Assembly: GCA_963754315.1 (NCBI GenBank)
Contig: CAVWFS010000018.1
Span: 704,001 to 768,000, forward strand
DNA from: an uncultured Candidatus Rokubacteria bacterium
GTDB lineage: Bacteria > Methylomirabilota > Methylomirabilia > Rokubacteriales > CSP1-6
Direction: 5' to 3'
DNA length: 64,000 nucleotides
This document shows positions 23,925-32,654 of the stretch, piece by piece. Each line of letters opens with the position of its first letter. The first letter of the stretch is position 1. Made by a program: the position numbers and the translations under genes. Under the pieces are notes generated by a model that did not search any database, was not told where the DNA came from, and saw only the letters and a list, made by a program, of their open reading frames with translations.

Positions 23925-24575
23925 ATGACACGTGCTGTGCGTGGACTGGCGTGGGCCCTGGCCGGATGCTTAGCGGCGCCGGCGGCAGCCTCGGCCGACA
24001 CCATGAATTTCAAGCTGCTGAAGAACTACTCCCGGGCGACCTTCAAGAGCGATGCGCCGCTGGAGACGTTCGTCGGAAACACTGCGGCCGAAGGGGTCGA
24101 CGGGACTCTCACCGTTGACCCCGACCGACCTCAGGCGGCGAAAGGCAGTGTCAAGGTCGATATGAACACGGTCAAGACCGGCATCGAGAAGCGCGATGCC
24201 GACATGCGCGGCAAGCCCTATCTCGAGACCGAGAACGAGGCGAACCGCTGGGTCACCTTCGAGATCACGAGCGTCGAGATCGTAGGCCCCCTCGAACCCG
24301 GGAAGGCCATTCCGGCCAAGGTCCGAGGAATCCTCACCGTCAAGCAGAAGCCGGTGGAGCGCGTGGTGGACGCCACCGTGACCTATATCAGGTTGTCCCC
24401 GGAGCAGGTTGAGGCCCAGAAGCGCTATGGTTTCACCGCCGACAACATCAAGGTGCGGGCCAAGTTTCACTCAACCTTCACCGACCATGGCATGCAGGTC
24501 CCGCAGCTATGGTTCCTGAAGGTCAACAACGAGTTGCAGCTCGAGACGGACCTGGTTTTCGTTCGCGCACAGTAG
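23925..24575 (+). CDS. YceI-family (polyisoprenoid-binding) exported protein
   Basis: Signal peptide, SDAPLETFVG, KTGIEKRDADMR, GILTVK; AAGGAG SD. Confidence 0.82.
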   Translation: MTRAVRGLAWALAGCLAAPAAASADTMNFKLLKNYSRATFKSDAPLETFVGNTAAEGVDGTLTVDPDRPQAAKGSVKVDMNTVKTGIEKRDADMRGKPYLETENEANRWVTFEITSVEIVGPLEPGKAIPAKVRGILTVKQKPVERVVDATVTYIRLSPEQVEAQKRYGFTADNIKVRAKFHSTFTDHGMQVPQLWFLKVNNELQLETDLVFVRAQ

Positions 24576-24604
24576 GGTCGGAAGTCTCCGTTTGCGAGTA
24601 AGAT

Positions 24605-24630
24605 GGGGGGCCCCGACATGGTGGCCCCCC
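24605..24630. repeat. GC-rich palindromic element GGGGGGCC-N10-GGCCCCCC
   Basis: 8-bp perfect inverted repeat in the yceI-meaB intergenic gap. Confidence 0.55.
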
Positions 24631-24637
24631 TCAATCC

Positions 24638-25618
24638 ATGAACCGCGACCCTCTCGCGCTCGTCGAGCGCTTGCTGCGCGGTGACCGCTTAGCCCTCGCA
24701 CGCCTCATCACACTGGCCGAGAACCGATCGTCGAGGGTTCCCGCCATCATGGAGGCGGTGTATCCACGAAGCCAGGGCGCCTATGTCGTTGGGATCACCG
24801 GCCCGCCCGGTGCTGGCAAATCCACGGTGGTCGACCGTCTCATCGCTCTGCTTCGCGCCGAGGGGGCCATGGTGGGTGTGATCGCCGTCGACCCCTCGAG
24901 CCCTTTCACCGGCGGCGCCGTGCTCGGCGATCGCATCCGGATGCAAACGCATACGCTTGATCCCGGAGTCTTCATTCGGAGCATGGCCACCCGAGGATCC
25001 TTGGGAGGATTATCCAGGGCGACGGGGGACGTCATCCGCCTCATGGCCGCCTTCGGTCATTCGTGGGTTCTCCTGGAGACAGTCGGGGTGGGGCAGACTG
25101 AGCTCGAGGTGATGAAGCTGGCGGACACCACGGTCGTACTGCTGGTTCCGGAATCCGGAGATGCGGTGCAGACCATGAAGGCCGGCCTCATGGAGGCCGC
25201 GGACATCTTCGTGGTCAACAAGGCGGATCGTTCGGGTGCCCCCGGCCTCATGGCAGAGCTGAAATTTGCCGTGCATCTGCATCGAGCGAGCCCGGGCGCT
25301 CCGACCGACGTGGACTGGGAGATCCCTGTACTCTCGGCCGAAGCTCAAAACTCGGTCGGAATGGCGGATCTGCTCGCCGAGATCCGCCGACACCGCGGGG
25401 CCCTGGAGGCGAGCGGCGCACTGCAAGCACGGCGGGCCAGCCGCCGTCGTGCGGAACTGCAGGCGTTGCTGGTCGAGGCCCTCACCGAGGCGGTACGCCG
25501 ACGGGTCGACGCCGCTGACCTCGCGACGATCCTTGAGCAGGTCGCTTCGGGCGCAACGGACCCCTATGCGGCGGCGCGGACGATCCTGGCCCGTCCCGAC
25601 CTCCTGACGCCGTCGTGA
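24638..25618 (+). CDS. meaB: Methylmalonyl-CoA mutase-associated GTPase MeaB
   Basis: GITGPPGAGKST, VDPSSPFTGGAVLGDRIRM, ETVGVGQ, VNKAD. Confidence 0.93.
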   Translation: MNRDPLALVERLLRGDRLALARLITLAENRSSRVPAIMEAVYPRSQGAYVVGITGPPGAGKSTVVDRLIALLRAEGAMVGVIAVDPSSPFTGGAVLGDRIRMQTHTLDPGVFIRSMATRGSLGGLSRATGDVIRLMAAFGHSWVLLETVGVGQTELEVMKLADTTVVLLVPESGDAVQTMKAGLMEAADIFVVNKADRSGAPGLMAELKFAVHLHRASPGAPTDVDWEIPVLSAEAQNSVGMADLLAEIRRHRGALEASGALQARRASRRRAELQALLVEALTEAVRRRVDAADLATILEQVASGATDPYAAARTILARPDLLTPS

Positions 25619-25630
25619 ACCCATGTTATC

Positions 25631-27643
25631 GTGAGTGACCGCATGACCTCGGGCGTACCCTTCCGCGATACGTTCTGGAACGTTCCCGTGTGGGCCCAGA
25701 TCGCGCTGTACGTGGGCGGTCTGGTGGCCATCGCCATCTGCGCTTACGGCACCTGGCGCCGGATCCAGCACATCCAGAAGGGGGGTCCGGAGCCTCGGCT
25801 CGACCGAATTTCCGAGCGCCTGGCGCTGGTGGGTAAGCACGTGCTCGGACAGGCGCGCACGCTCTCCCAAGCCTACCCGGGCATCATGCACGCGGTGATG
25901 TTTTGGGGCTTTCTCGCCCTCTTCACGGGCACCGTGCTGGCAACCATCGACTGGGACATCACATTGCCCCTGTTCGGTTACAAGCTGCTCAAGGGCGATT
26001 TCTACCTCGCCTACGAGCTGATCCTTGACCTGTTCGGGCTTTTCTTCGTGATCGGTCTCGGCATGGCTGTGTATCGCCGGTTCGTGGTCCGGCCGGCCAG
26101 GATCGACCCTACCGCCCGCTTCGCGAAGATTCTGGCCTTGCTCTTCCTGATCAACCTGACGGGATTTGTCATGGAGGCCTGTCGGCTCGCCGTCACCAAG
26201 CCGTGGTGGGCGCCGTGGTCTCCGGTGGGCTATGTTCTTGGTCAGGGCCTGCTGGCCGTCGGCCTCACCGAGGCTCTACTGCGGGCGACCCATCTCAGCG
26301 TATGGCTCTTCCACGCGGTGATCTCGCTCCTGTTCGTTGCCCTGCTGCCATACTCGTACTTCGTTCACCTGGTGCTCACGCCGCTCAATATCTTCTTTGC
26401 CAAGCTGGGGCCGCGCGGCGCCATCGCCCCCATCCCGAACATCGAAGAGGCCGCCGAGCACGGGGCCCTTGGCATCTCGAAGCTGGAAGAGTTCTCGTGG
26501 AAGCGACGGCTCGACTTCGAGGCGTGTCTGGAGTGCGGGCGCTGCCAGGACGCCTGCCCTGCCTATCTATCCGGCACGGCGCTCTCGCCTAAGCAAGTCA
26601 TCGTCAAGCTCAAGCGGCACCTGCGCGGAGAACTGCCAGGCCCCATCCACGGCGAGCTGATCAAGCCCGAGGAGCTATGGGCGTGCACGACGTGCATGGC
26701 CTGCGTACAGGAGTGCCCGGCCTTCATCGACATCGTCGACACCATCGTCGATCTGCGTCGCTTTCTCGCCCTCTCAGAGGGGGCGTTGCCGTCAACGGCT
26801 CCTCAGTCCCTCCAGAACATCGAGCGGGCGGGCAATCCCTGGGGATTGCCGGCGGCCGAACGGCTAGCTTGGGCGGAAGGCCTGGACGTGCCAATCCTCG
26901 AGGCGGGGAAGGAGGTCGAGTACCTGTACTGGGTGGGATGCTCGGCGTCCTACGACAAGCGCAACCAGGCCATCGCCCGCTCGGTGGTGCGCATCCTGAC
27001 TCGAGCGGGGGTGAGTTTTGCGGTCATGGCGGAGGAGCGCTGCCACGCCGAGGTCGGCCGGCGGCTCGGGGAGGAATATCTCTACCAGACCCTGGCGCCG
27101 GTGAATGTGGAGGCCATGAAGCAGTACCGCTTCCGGAAGGTCATCACCCATTGTCCGCACTGCTTCAACACCATCCGCAACGAATACCCCCAGTTCGGTG
27201 GGGATTTCGAGGTGGTCCACCATTCCCAAGTCATCCAGGAGCTCATCGCCAGCGGCCGGATCCGTCCGGTCAAGTCGCTGGCGGCCACGGTGGCCTTTCA
27301 CGATTCGTGTTATCTCGGGCGCTACAACGGCATCTTCCAGGCGCCGCGTGACGTGGCCAAAGCCGTGCCAGGGCTTCGCCTGGTGGAGTTACCCCGCCAC
27401 CGGGAACGGGGGCTCTGCTGCGGCGGAGGTGGTGGCCACATGTGGATGGAAGTTCAGGCCAAGAAGCGCGTGAACATCATCCGTGTCGAGGAGGCCCTGG
27501 AGGCCAAGGTCGACACGGTGGCGGTGGGCTGTCCTTTCTGCCTGGCGATGCTCGACCTCGGCCGCAAAGTGAAGGAAGCCGAGGGACGGCTGAGCGTCAA
27601 GGACGTCAGCGAGCTGGTCGCCGAGAGTCTCGACCAGACGTGA
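25631..27643 (+). CDS. Membrane-bound Fe-S oxidoreductase (FadF/HdrD-like: TM domain, 2x[4Fe-4S], two CCG domains)
   Basis: Multiple TM helices, CLECGRCQDACP, CTTCMACVQECP, CPHC, HDSCYLGR, CCGGGGG, CPFC; start 25631 or 25643. Confidence 0.9.
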   Translation: MSDRMTSGVPFRDTFWNVPVWAQIALYVGGLVAIAICAYGTWRRIQHIQKGGPEPRLDRISERLALVGKHVLGQARTLSQAYPGIMHAVMFWGFLALFTGTVLATIDWDITLPLFGYKLLKGDFYLAYELILDLFGLFFVIGLGMAVYRRFVVRPARIDPTARFAKILALLFLINLTGFVMEACRLAVTKPWWAPWSPVGYVLGQGLLAVGLTEALLRATHLSVWLFHAVISLLFVALLPYSYFVHLVLTPLNIFFAKLGPRGAIAPIPNIEEAAEHGALGISKLEEFSWKRRLDFEACLECGRCQDACPAYLSGTALSPKQVIVKLKRHLRGELPGPIHGELIKPEELWACTTCMACVQECPAFIDIVDTIVDLRRFLALSEGALPSTAPQSLQNIERAGNPWGLPAAERLAWAEGLDVPILEAGKEVEYLYWVGCSASYDKRNQAIARSVVRILTRAGVSFAVMAEERCHAEVGRRLGEEYLYQTLAPVNVEAMKQYRFRKVITHCPHCFNTIRNEYPQFGGDFEVVHHSQVIQELIASGRIRPVKSLAATVAFHDSCYLGRYNGIFQAPRDVAKAVPGLRLVELPRHRERGLCCGGGGGHMWMEVQAKKRVNIIRVEEALEAKVDTVAVGCPFCLAMLDLGRKVKEAEGRLSVKDVSELVAESLDQT

Positions 27644-27993
27644 CGGAGTTCTTGCGCGCGCTGCCGCTGATCGGCCGCGCCGTCGTGCGCCTCGCTGCGG
27701 ATCCGGCCCTGCCGCGGGCGGCCAAGATCGCGCTCGGGGTCGTCGCCGTGTACCTGGCCAGCCCCTTCGATCTCCTGCCCGATGTCATCCCATTCCTGGG
27801 GTACCTCGACGACGTGCTCGTGCTGGCCATTCTGGTCGATGGCGTCCTCAACCACGTCGACCGCTCCCTCGTGCTCCGCTACTGGCCCGGTAGCTCCACG
27901 GCGCTGGAGAAGGTCGCGCGGGTCACGCATGCGCTCGCCATCTGGGTCCCCGCCCGGGTGAAGGAGCGCATCTTCTCGCGGCGGAGACATTGA
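27640..27993 (+). CDS. YkvA/DUF1232 family membrane protein
   Basis: YLASPFDLLPDVIPFLGYLDD; GTGA overlap. Confidence 0.88.
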   Translation: MTEFLRALPLIGRAVVRLAADPALPRAAKIALGVVAVYLASPFDLLPDVIPFLGYLDDVLVLAILVDGVLNHVDRSLVLRYWPGSSTALEKVARVTHALAIWVPARVKERIFSRRRH

Positions 27994-28769
27994 GGAGACC
28001 GATGCAGTGGCGCATCCTCCTGGCGGTCGTGCTGGCCACGGCATTCCTGCCCCCCGCCACGCTCCCTGCAAGTGACAGCGTTGACGACACGCAGGAGGCG
28101 CTAGGGGCGGCGCGCGTCCAGCTCCTCGAAAGCACGCGCGCGTATCGCGCAAGCCTGGAGCGGCTGATCGTCCTCCAGAGACAGGCGGCGGCGCGTGCCG
28201 AGCAGGAGGCAGCCCATCGTCGAATTCTCCTCGAGCAGGGGATTGTCTCCCGACACGAGAGTGAGGAGAGCGCCCGCGTGGCGGCCGCAGCCCGCAACCG
28301 GCTCGAGGAGACCCATCAGCGCCTCGCCGAGACCGACGCCGTTTTGGCCGAGACTTGGGCCGCCATAGAGTTGGCCCGCTCAGCACCGCCATCTGTGAAG
28401 GGCGTGGTCGTGAGTACTCCCCGCGCCATCGGCGCCCCCGGCAAGATCGAGCTCACCGCGTCGATCGTCACCAGCCTCGACCAATTCTTTCGAGGACGTT
28501 TCGCGCGCGCGCTGCCGGTGAGTGCCCGCGGTCAAACCCTCGTTCACGATCGACTCGGACTCGATCATCATCACGCCGTCGATGTGGCTGTCCATCCCGA
28601 CAGCGCCGAAGGGCGGGCGCTCATCGAGCACCTGCGTCTCCTCCGCGTCCCGTTCCTGGCCTTCCGGAGCATACTGCCCGGATCCTCGACCGGCGCGCAT
28701 CTGCACATCGGGCGAACGTCGCCAAAGCTTGTTCCCGGGGCCTCGGGGGCGACTGAGCCGGCTCCGTGA
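27990..28769 (+). CDS. Exported coiled-coil protein with C-terminal putative Zn-peptidase-like motifs
   Basis: Signal peptide, long helical segment, DHHHAVDV and GAHLHIG motifs. Confidence 0.7.
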   Translation: MRRPMQWRILLAVVLATAFLPPATLPASDSVDDTQEALGAARVQLLESTRAYRASLERLIVLQRQAAARAEQEAAHRRILLEQGIVSRHESEESARVAAAARNRLEETHQRLAETDAVLAETWAAIELARSAPPSVKGVVVSTPRAIGAPGKIELTASIVTSLDQFFRGRFARALPVSARGQTLVHDRLGLDHHHAVDVAVHPDSAEGRALIEHLRLLRVPFLAFRSILPGSSTGAHLHIGRTSPKLVPGASGATEPAP

Positions 28770-29614
28770 CCGAGAACGCGCCTGAGGCGCCTGAGCGAGA
28801 AGGCAGCGATCGAGCGACCCCAAGAGAAGCGCGAGTATGGCCGGTCTTCGTCGCGTGGGTCATGGCGTTCGTCACCATCGTCCTCCTGTCTGTACTGGCG
28901 GCGGCGCTGGTTGCCTCTGTGTACCCTGATGTGGCGCCGAGCGAGCTGCTCCGGAGACTTCCCGGCCTCCTGGCAGGCGCCAGCGCCTCTTCGTTGGGCC
29001 TCATCCTCACCATTCTCCTCGTCGATCGCACACTCGACCCCGCCCGCCTGCGGCTGCGGCCGGGACGGGAGACTGGTCGCGATCTGGTCCTGATGATCCT
29101 CGGGATGCTCGCGCTCGGTCAGACCTTGGATTCCCTCACCACCTTGGTTGGTCTCGGACGGCGCGGGGCCTTATGGGACGCTCGCCAGACCTTGGCGGGT
29201 GTGACAGGGGAGGATCTCTTCGCGGCGGTGCTGGTCATCGGCCTGCTGGCGGGATCCGCCGAGGAGCTCTTCTTCCGGGGCTTCATGCAGACACGCCTAC
29301 GCGCGCGATGGCCAACCGTCTGGGCGGTGTTGGCCACGAGCGTCTGCTTCGGGCTCATGCATATCGAGTGGCTCCATGCACTGCTCGCGTTCCTTCTAGC
29401 GCTCTATCTTGGGTTCATTACCGAGCTCTGCGGAAGTGCGCTGCCTGCGATGGTGGCCCACGTCGTCAACAACACGCTCTTTACCTTGCTCACGGCGCTC
29501 GGCGGGACGGTCTCCGCTTTCCTACCGAACCTCGTCCTACTTGGAGCCGGCGTTGTGATCTTCGTGGCCTGCATCGTGTTGCTGCGGCGCGCGCTGCCGC
29601 TAAAGTCCGCCTGA
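28766..29614 (+). CDS. CPBP (Abi/CAAX) family intramembrane glutamic endopeptidase
   Basis: EELFFRG, FGLMH, AHVVNN; multiple TM helices. Confidence 0.92.
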   Translation: MTENAPEAPEREGSDRATPREARVWPVFVAWVMAFVTIVLLSVLAAALVASVYPDVAPSELLRRLPGLLAGASASSLGLILTILLVDRTLDPARLRLRPGRETGRDLVLMILGMLALGQTLDSLTTLVGLGRRGALWDARQTLAGVTGEDLFAAVLVIGLLAGSAEELFFRGFMQTRLRARWPTVWAVLATSVCFGLMHIEWLHALLAFLLALYLGFITELCGSALPAMVAHVVNNTLFTLLTALGGTVSAFLPNLVLLGAGVVIFVACIVLLRRALPLKSA

Positions 29615-29654
29615 GGTGGCGGCCCTCGGCCGCACCAAGGTGGACCTTGCGGTC

Positions 29655-29684
29655 TTGCCACGTGCGTGGCGACGGGCGTAGGCT
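29655..29684 (+). promoter_or_regulatory. Sigma70-type promoter TTGCCA-18 nt-TAGGCT overlapped by palindrome GCCACG-TG-CGTGGC
   Basis: Read directly; followed by GGAGGAG SD and ATG 29705. Confidence 0.5.
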
Positions 29685-29704
29685 TGGGCTCCGGAGGAGT
29701 GGCG

Positions 29705-30100
29705 ATGTCCGAACTGACACGACGGTACGTGGTCATGGCCATGGCGGCGGCAGCGCCTTTCGACCCTGCCGACTACGACGCTCCGTTCGTGCTGAAGCCA
29801 TGGAAGGATCCGGCAGCCCTCATTGCCCTCAAGAGTTATCGTGACCACTGCTATCCCGAGCTGGCCCGCGATCTCGACGAGTGGATTCGTCTGGTCGAGG
29901 CGGGCCCGCTGGTTCTGGGTGGCGTCGGCCGCCAAAATGAGGCGCATCTGATGTCCGAGAAGCGCGTGTCCGGGCCGAGGGAGAAGCCGAGCGGCCGGGA
30001 CGGGAGGAAGACCGTCGCCCAATCGCGCCCGAAGGGCAAGGGCAACGCCGGCCGCTCGGCCGCGCGACGGTCACCGAAGCCGAAGAAGCGCCGCCGATGA
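29705..30100 (+). CDS. Hypothetical protein with basic low-complexity tail
   Basis: Strong SD GGAGGAG; ATGA overlap with next gene; core FVLKPWKDPAALIALKSY...PELARDLDEW. Confidence 0.75.
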   Translation: MSELTRRYVVMAMAAAAPFDPADYDAPFVLKPWKDPAALIALKSYRDHCYPELARDLDEWIRLVEAGPLVLGGVGRQNEAHLMSEKRVSGPREKPSGRDGRKTVAQSRPKGKGNAGRSAARRSPKPKKRRR

Positions 30101-30861
30101 CCGATCGATGCGTCGCGGCGCTCCTGCGGGCCCGCTCGCACCGCGAGCGCTGCGCTCCGCCGAGCGAGGAGCAACCCCTCACCCTGGTCGAGGCCTACGC
30201 GATTCAGGACCGTCTGCGTGACACCCTCGTGGGCCAAGGGGAGCAGGTGATAGGTTGGAAGGCCGGCTTCACGGGCAAGGCGGCCCAACAACTGTTCCAG
30301 TGCCCTGAGCCCGTGAGTGGCTTTCTCCTCGGGTCCGGCGTGTATGCGAATCGGGCGGAGGTCCCTGTCGCGCACTTCGTGCAGCTTGTAGTCGAGGCGG
30401 AGATCGCCTTGGTCCTGAAGGCGGACCTCGCAGGGCCAGGCATCGCGCCACTGACGGCGCTCGGCGCGGTGGAGGGGGCCGTTCCGGCGCTCGAGCTGGT
30501 CGACTTTCGCTATTCAGGTAAGCCCATCGGTAGCGACCTGGTGGCAGACGGGGTCTACGCGAGCGCCGTCGTCCTAGGGGCATCCCTGACCGATGTCCGC
30601 TATCTCGACCTCGCGCTGGAGGGGCTTGTCTACGAGCACAACGGCGCGGTGGTGGCGACCAACACCGCGGCCGAAGTGCTGGGTAACCCACTGAATTCGC
30701 TGGCGTGGCTGGCCAACGATCTCGGTCGACGCGGACTGTGGTTAAAAGCCGGCCAGGTCGTCATGACGGGCTCGGTGTCCGCGCTCGTGCGACCCCGGGC
30801 GGGGGACAGCGTGCAGGCTACGTACACACGGCTCGGCTCGGTATCCGCGCGCTTTGTTTGA
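30097..30861 (+). CDS. 2-keto-4-pentenoate hydratase/4-oxalocrotonate decarboxylase family (FAH superfamily)
   Basis: AYAIQ, GWKAGFT, VEAEIALVL, ALELVD.R, VLGNPLNSLAWLAN, VMTGS. Confidence 0.88.
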   Translation: MTDRCVAALLRARSHRERCAPPSEEQPLTLVEAYAIQDRLRDTLVGQGEQVIGWKAGFTGKAAQQLFQCPEPVSGFLLGSGVYANRAEVPVAHFVQLVVEAEIALVLKADLAGPGIAPLTALGAVEGAVPALELVDFRYSGKPIGSDLVADGVYASAVVLGASLTDVRYLDLALEGLVYEHNGAVVATNTAAEVLGNPLNSLAWLANDLGRRGLWLKAGQVVMTGSVSALVRPRAGDSVQATYTRLGSVSARFV

Positions 30862-30892
30862 CGCACGTCATCCCCGAGCCCGACGGACATGA

Positions 30893-31462
30893 ATGACGCT
30901 CGATGACCTGGTGGCGGCCACGCGCCGCCACCTGGCCACCCGGACCCGACGCGTCGTGCCGCGCGGCCCACTGGTCCAGGCGGCCGTGCTCGTCCCCATC
31001 GTCGACCGTGGCGAGCCGCATCTCGTTTTCACCAAGCGATCCGAACGCGTCGGTCACCACAAGGGCCAGATCTCCTTCCCCGGCGGAACACTCGATCCCG
31101 ACGATGAGTCTCTCCTGAGTGCCGCCCTCAGGGAGTGCGAGGAGGAAATCTCCCTCCCGCGAGAGGCCGTCGAGCCTCTGGGCGCTCTCGACGACACGGA
31201 GACCGTCGCCACCCAGTTTGTCATCACACCGTTCGTGGGGGTGGTTCGGCGGTCGATGACCTGGCGGCCTGACGGCTACGAGATCGAGAAGGTGATCGAG
31301 GTCCCATTCGCCACCTTGGCCGACCCGTGCAACTTCCGCGTAGAGTATTGGGAGCGCGATGGTGTCACCAGGCCCGTGTACTTCTTCGACTGGGGTGGGG
31401 ATCCGATTTGGGGGGCGACCGCCCGAATCGTGAAGCACTATCTCGACGTGCTCAGTTCGTGA
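30893..31462 (+). CDS. Nudix CoA pyrophosphatase (NudL/PCD1-like)
   Basis: AAVLVP, HKGQISFPGG, AALRECEEEI, IWGATARI. Confidence 0.92.
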   Translation: MTLDDLVAATRRHLATRTRRVVPRGPLVQAAVLVPIVDRGEPHLVFTKRSERVGHHKGQISFPGGTLDPDDESLLSAALRECEEEISLPREAVEPLGALDDTETVATQFVITPFVGVVRRSMTWRPDGYEIEKVIEVPFATLADPCNFRVEYWERDGVTRPVYFFDWGGDPIWGATARIVKHYLDVLSS

Positions 31463-31665
31463 GCTCTCGAATCCTCCCAGAGGCGGGCCTGTGTACGTCC
31501 TGTCAACATGCCCGGCGCGTCGCCTCCGCACGGGGTTCGATCTTCATCCTGTGCCGCAAGAGCGAGACGGACGCGCGCTTCGTCAAGTATCCGGGGCTTC
31601 CCGTATGGCAGTGTGAGGGCTTCGCGTCGGTCTTGGGGGAGGCGCGTCAGGGCCACCAGAGGTAG
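31459..31665 (+). CDS. Small four-cysteine protein (putative metal-binding mini-protein)
   Basis: GTGA overlap; GLCTSCQHAR...SARGSIFILC...RFVKYPGLPVWQCEGF. Confidence 0.7.
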   Translation: MSSRILPEAGLCTSCQHARRVASARGSIFILCRKSETDARFVKYPGLPVWQCEGFASVLGEARQGHQR

Positions 31666-32617
31666 AGGAACCGCGGTCCCGGCACAACCAGCTTAGCGAC
31701 GTGGGCGAGCGAGACATCGAGGTCGCCTTCGCTCCTCGCCCCTGCAAAGTACGTGGCCCGGTACTCTCGGGGGCGCTGGTAGACGATGACCCGCGCTTCG
31801 TTGAGCCCGGCGGCCTGCCGGGCAAGGGCCAAGGCGTCCGGAATGTAGCCGATGCGATCGACGAGCTTCTCGGCCAGGGCCTGCTGTGCTGTGTACATGC
31901 GACCGTCCGCCAGAGTCTTGGCCGTTTCCAGCGGGATCTGACGACGCTCGACCACCTTGGCCACGAACTGGCCATGGAGATCATCAATGACCGATTGGAA
32001 GATTGCTCGCTCCTCCGGTGTCAGGCTGCGCAGCGGACTTCCCATGTCCTTCAGGGGCCCAGACTTGATGGCGGTGGTGGTCACCCCGATCTTCTGCAGA
32101 AGGCCGTCGGCGTTGACGGTGAGCAGGATCACGCCGATGGAGCCGGTCACGGTCGTGGGATGGGCAACGATGGTATCGGCGGCCAGGGCCAGATAGTAGC
32201 CACCGGAAGCGGCCACATCCATCATCACGGCGACGATGGGCGTCTTGTTGCGCCGACGGAACGTGTCGATCTCGTGGAACAGGATGTCGGAGGCCGTCAC
32301 CGTACCGCACCGGGACTGTTGATCTTGATGACGAGAGCCCGGACCTTGGGGTCTCGCGAGGCCTTCTGCAGTTCCTCTCGAACACGGACGAGGAGGGGAA
32401 CGCGCGGCGGCGCAGTACCCAAGGTGAGGCTGCCTGACCCGACCTCATCGGTCAGCAAGCCCGAGAAATCCATCAAGAGGATCTTGTTCTCTCCTCGGCC
32501 CTCCACCGTCTGCTCCTCGAGAGGCTGGATGCGTGGAGTGAGGTCGATAGACACGACCGAGCAGCCGCCGGCGAGGACGAGCAGGATTGCCACGAACGAC
32601 GAGCGCAGCATGGTCAT
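31647..32617 (-). CDS. sppA: Signal peptide peptidase SppA (S49), lipoprotein; frameshifted near 32308
   Basis: Lipobox-like AGGC, INSPG|GTVTASD split across frames, VAASGGYY, TGSIGV, KSGPLKD, ADGRMYT. Confidence 0.88.
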
Positions 32618-32622
32618 GCCTC

Positions 32623-32630
32623 AGTATACT
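32623..32630. promoter_or_regulatory. Palindromic AGTATACT giving a TATACT -10 box on both strands
   Basis: In the 37-nt gap between divergent sppA and dehydratase genes. Confidence 0.55.
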
Positions 32631-32654
32631 CGGAGGATTAGGAGCCTTCGCGCA

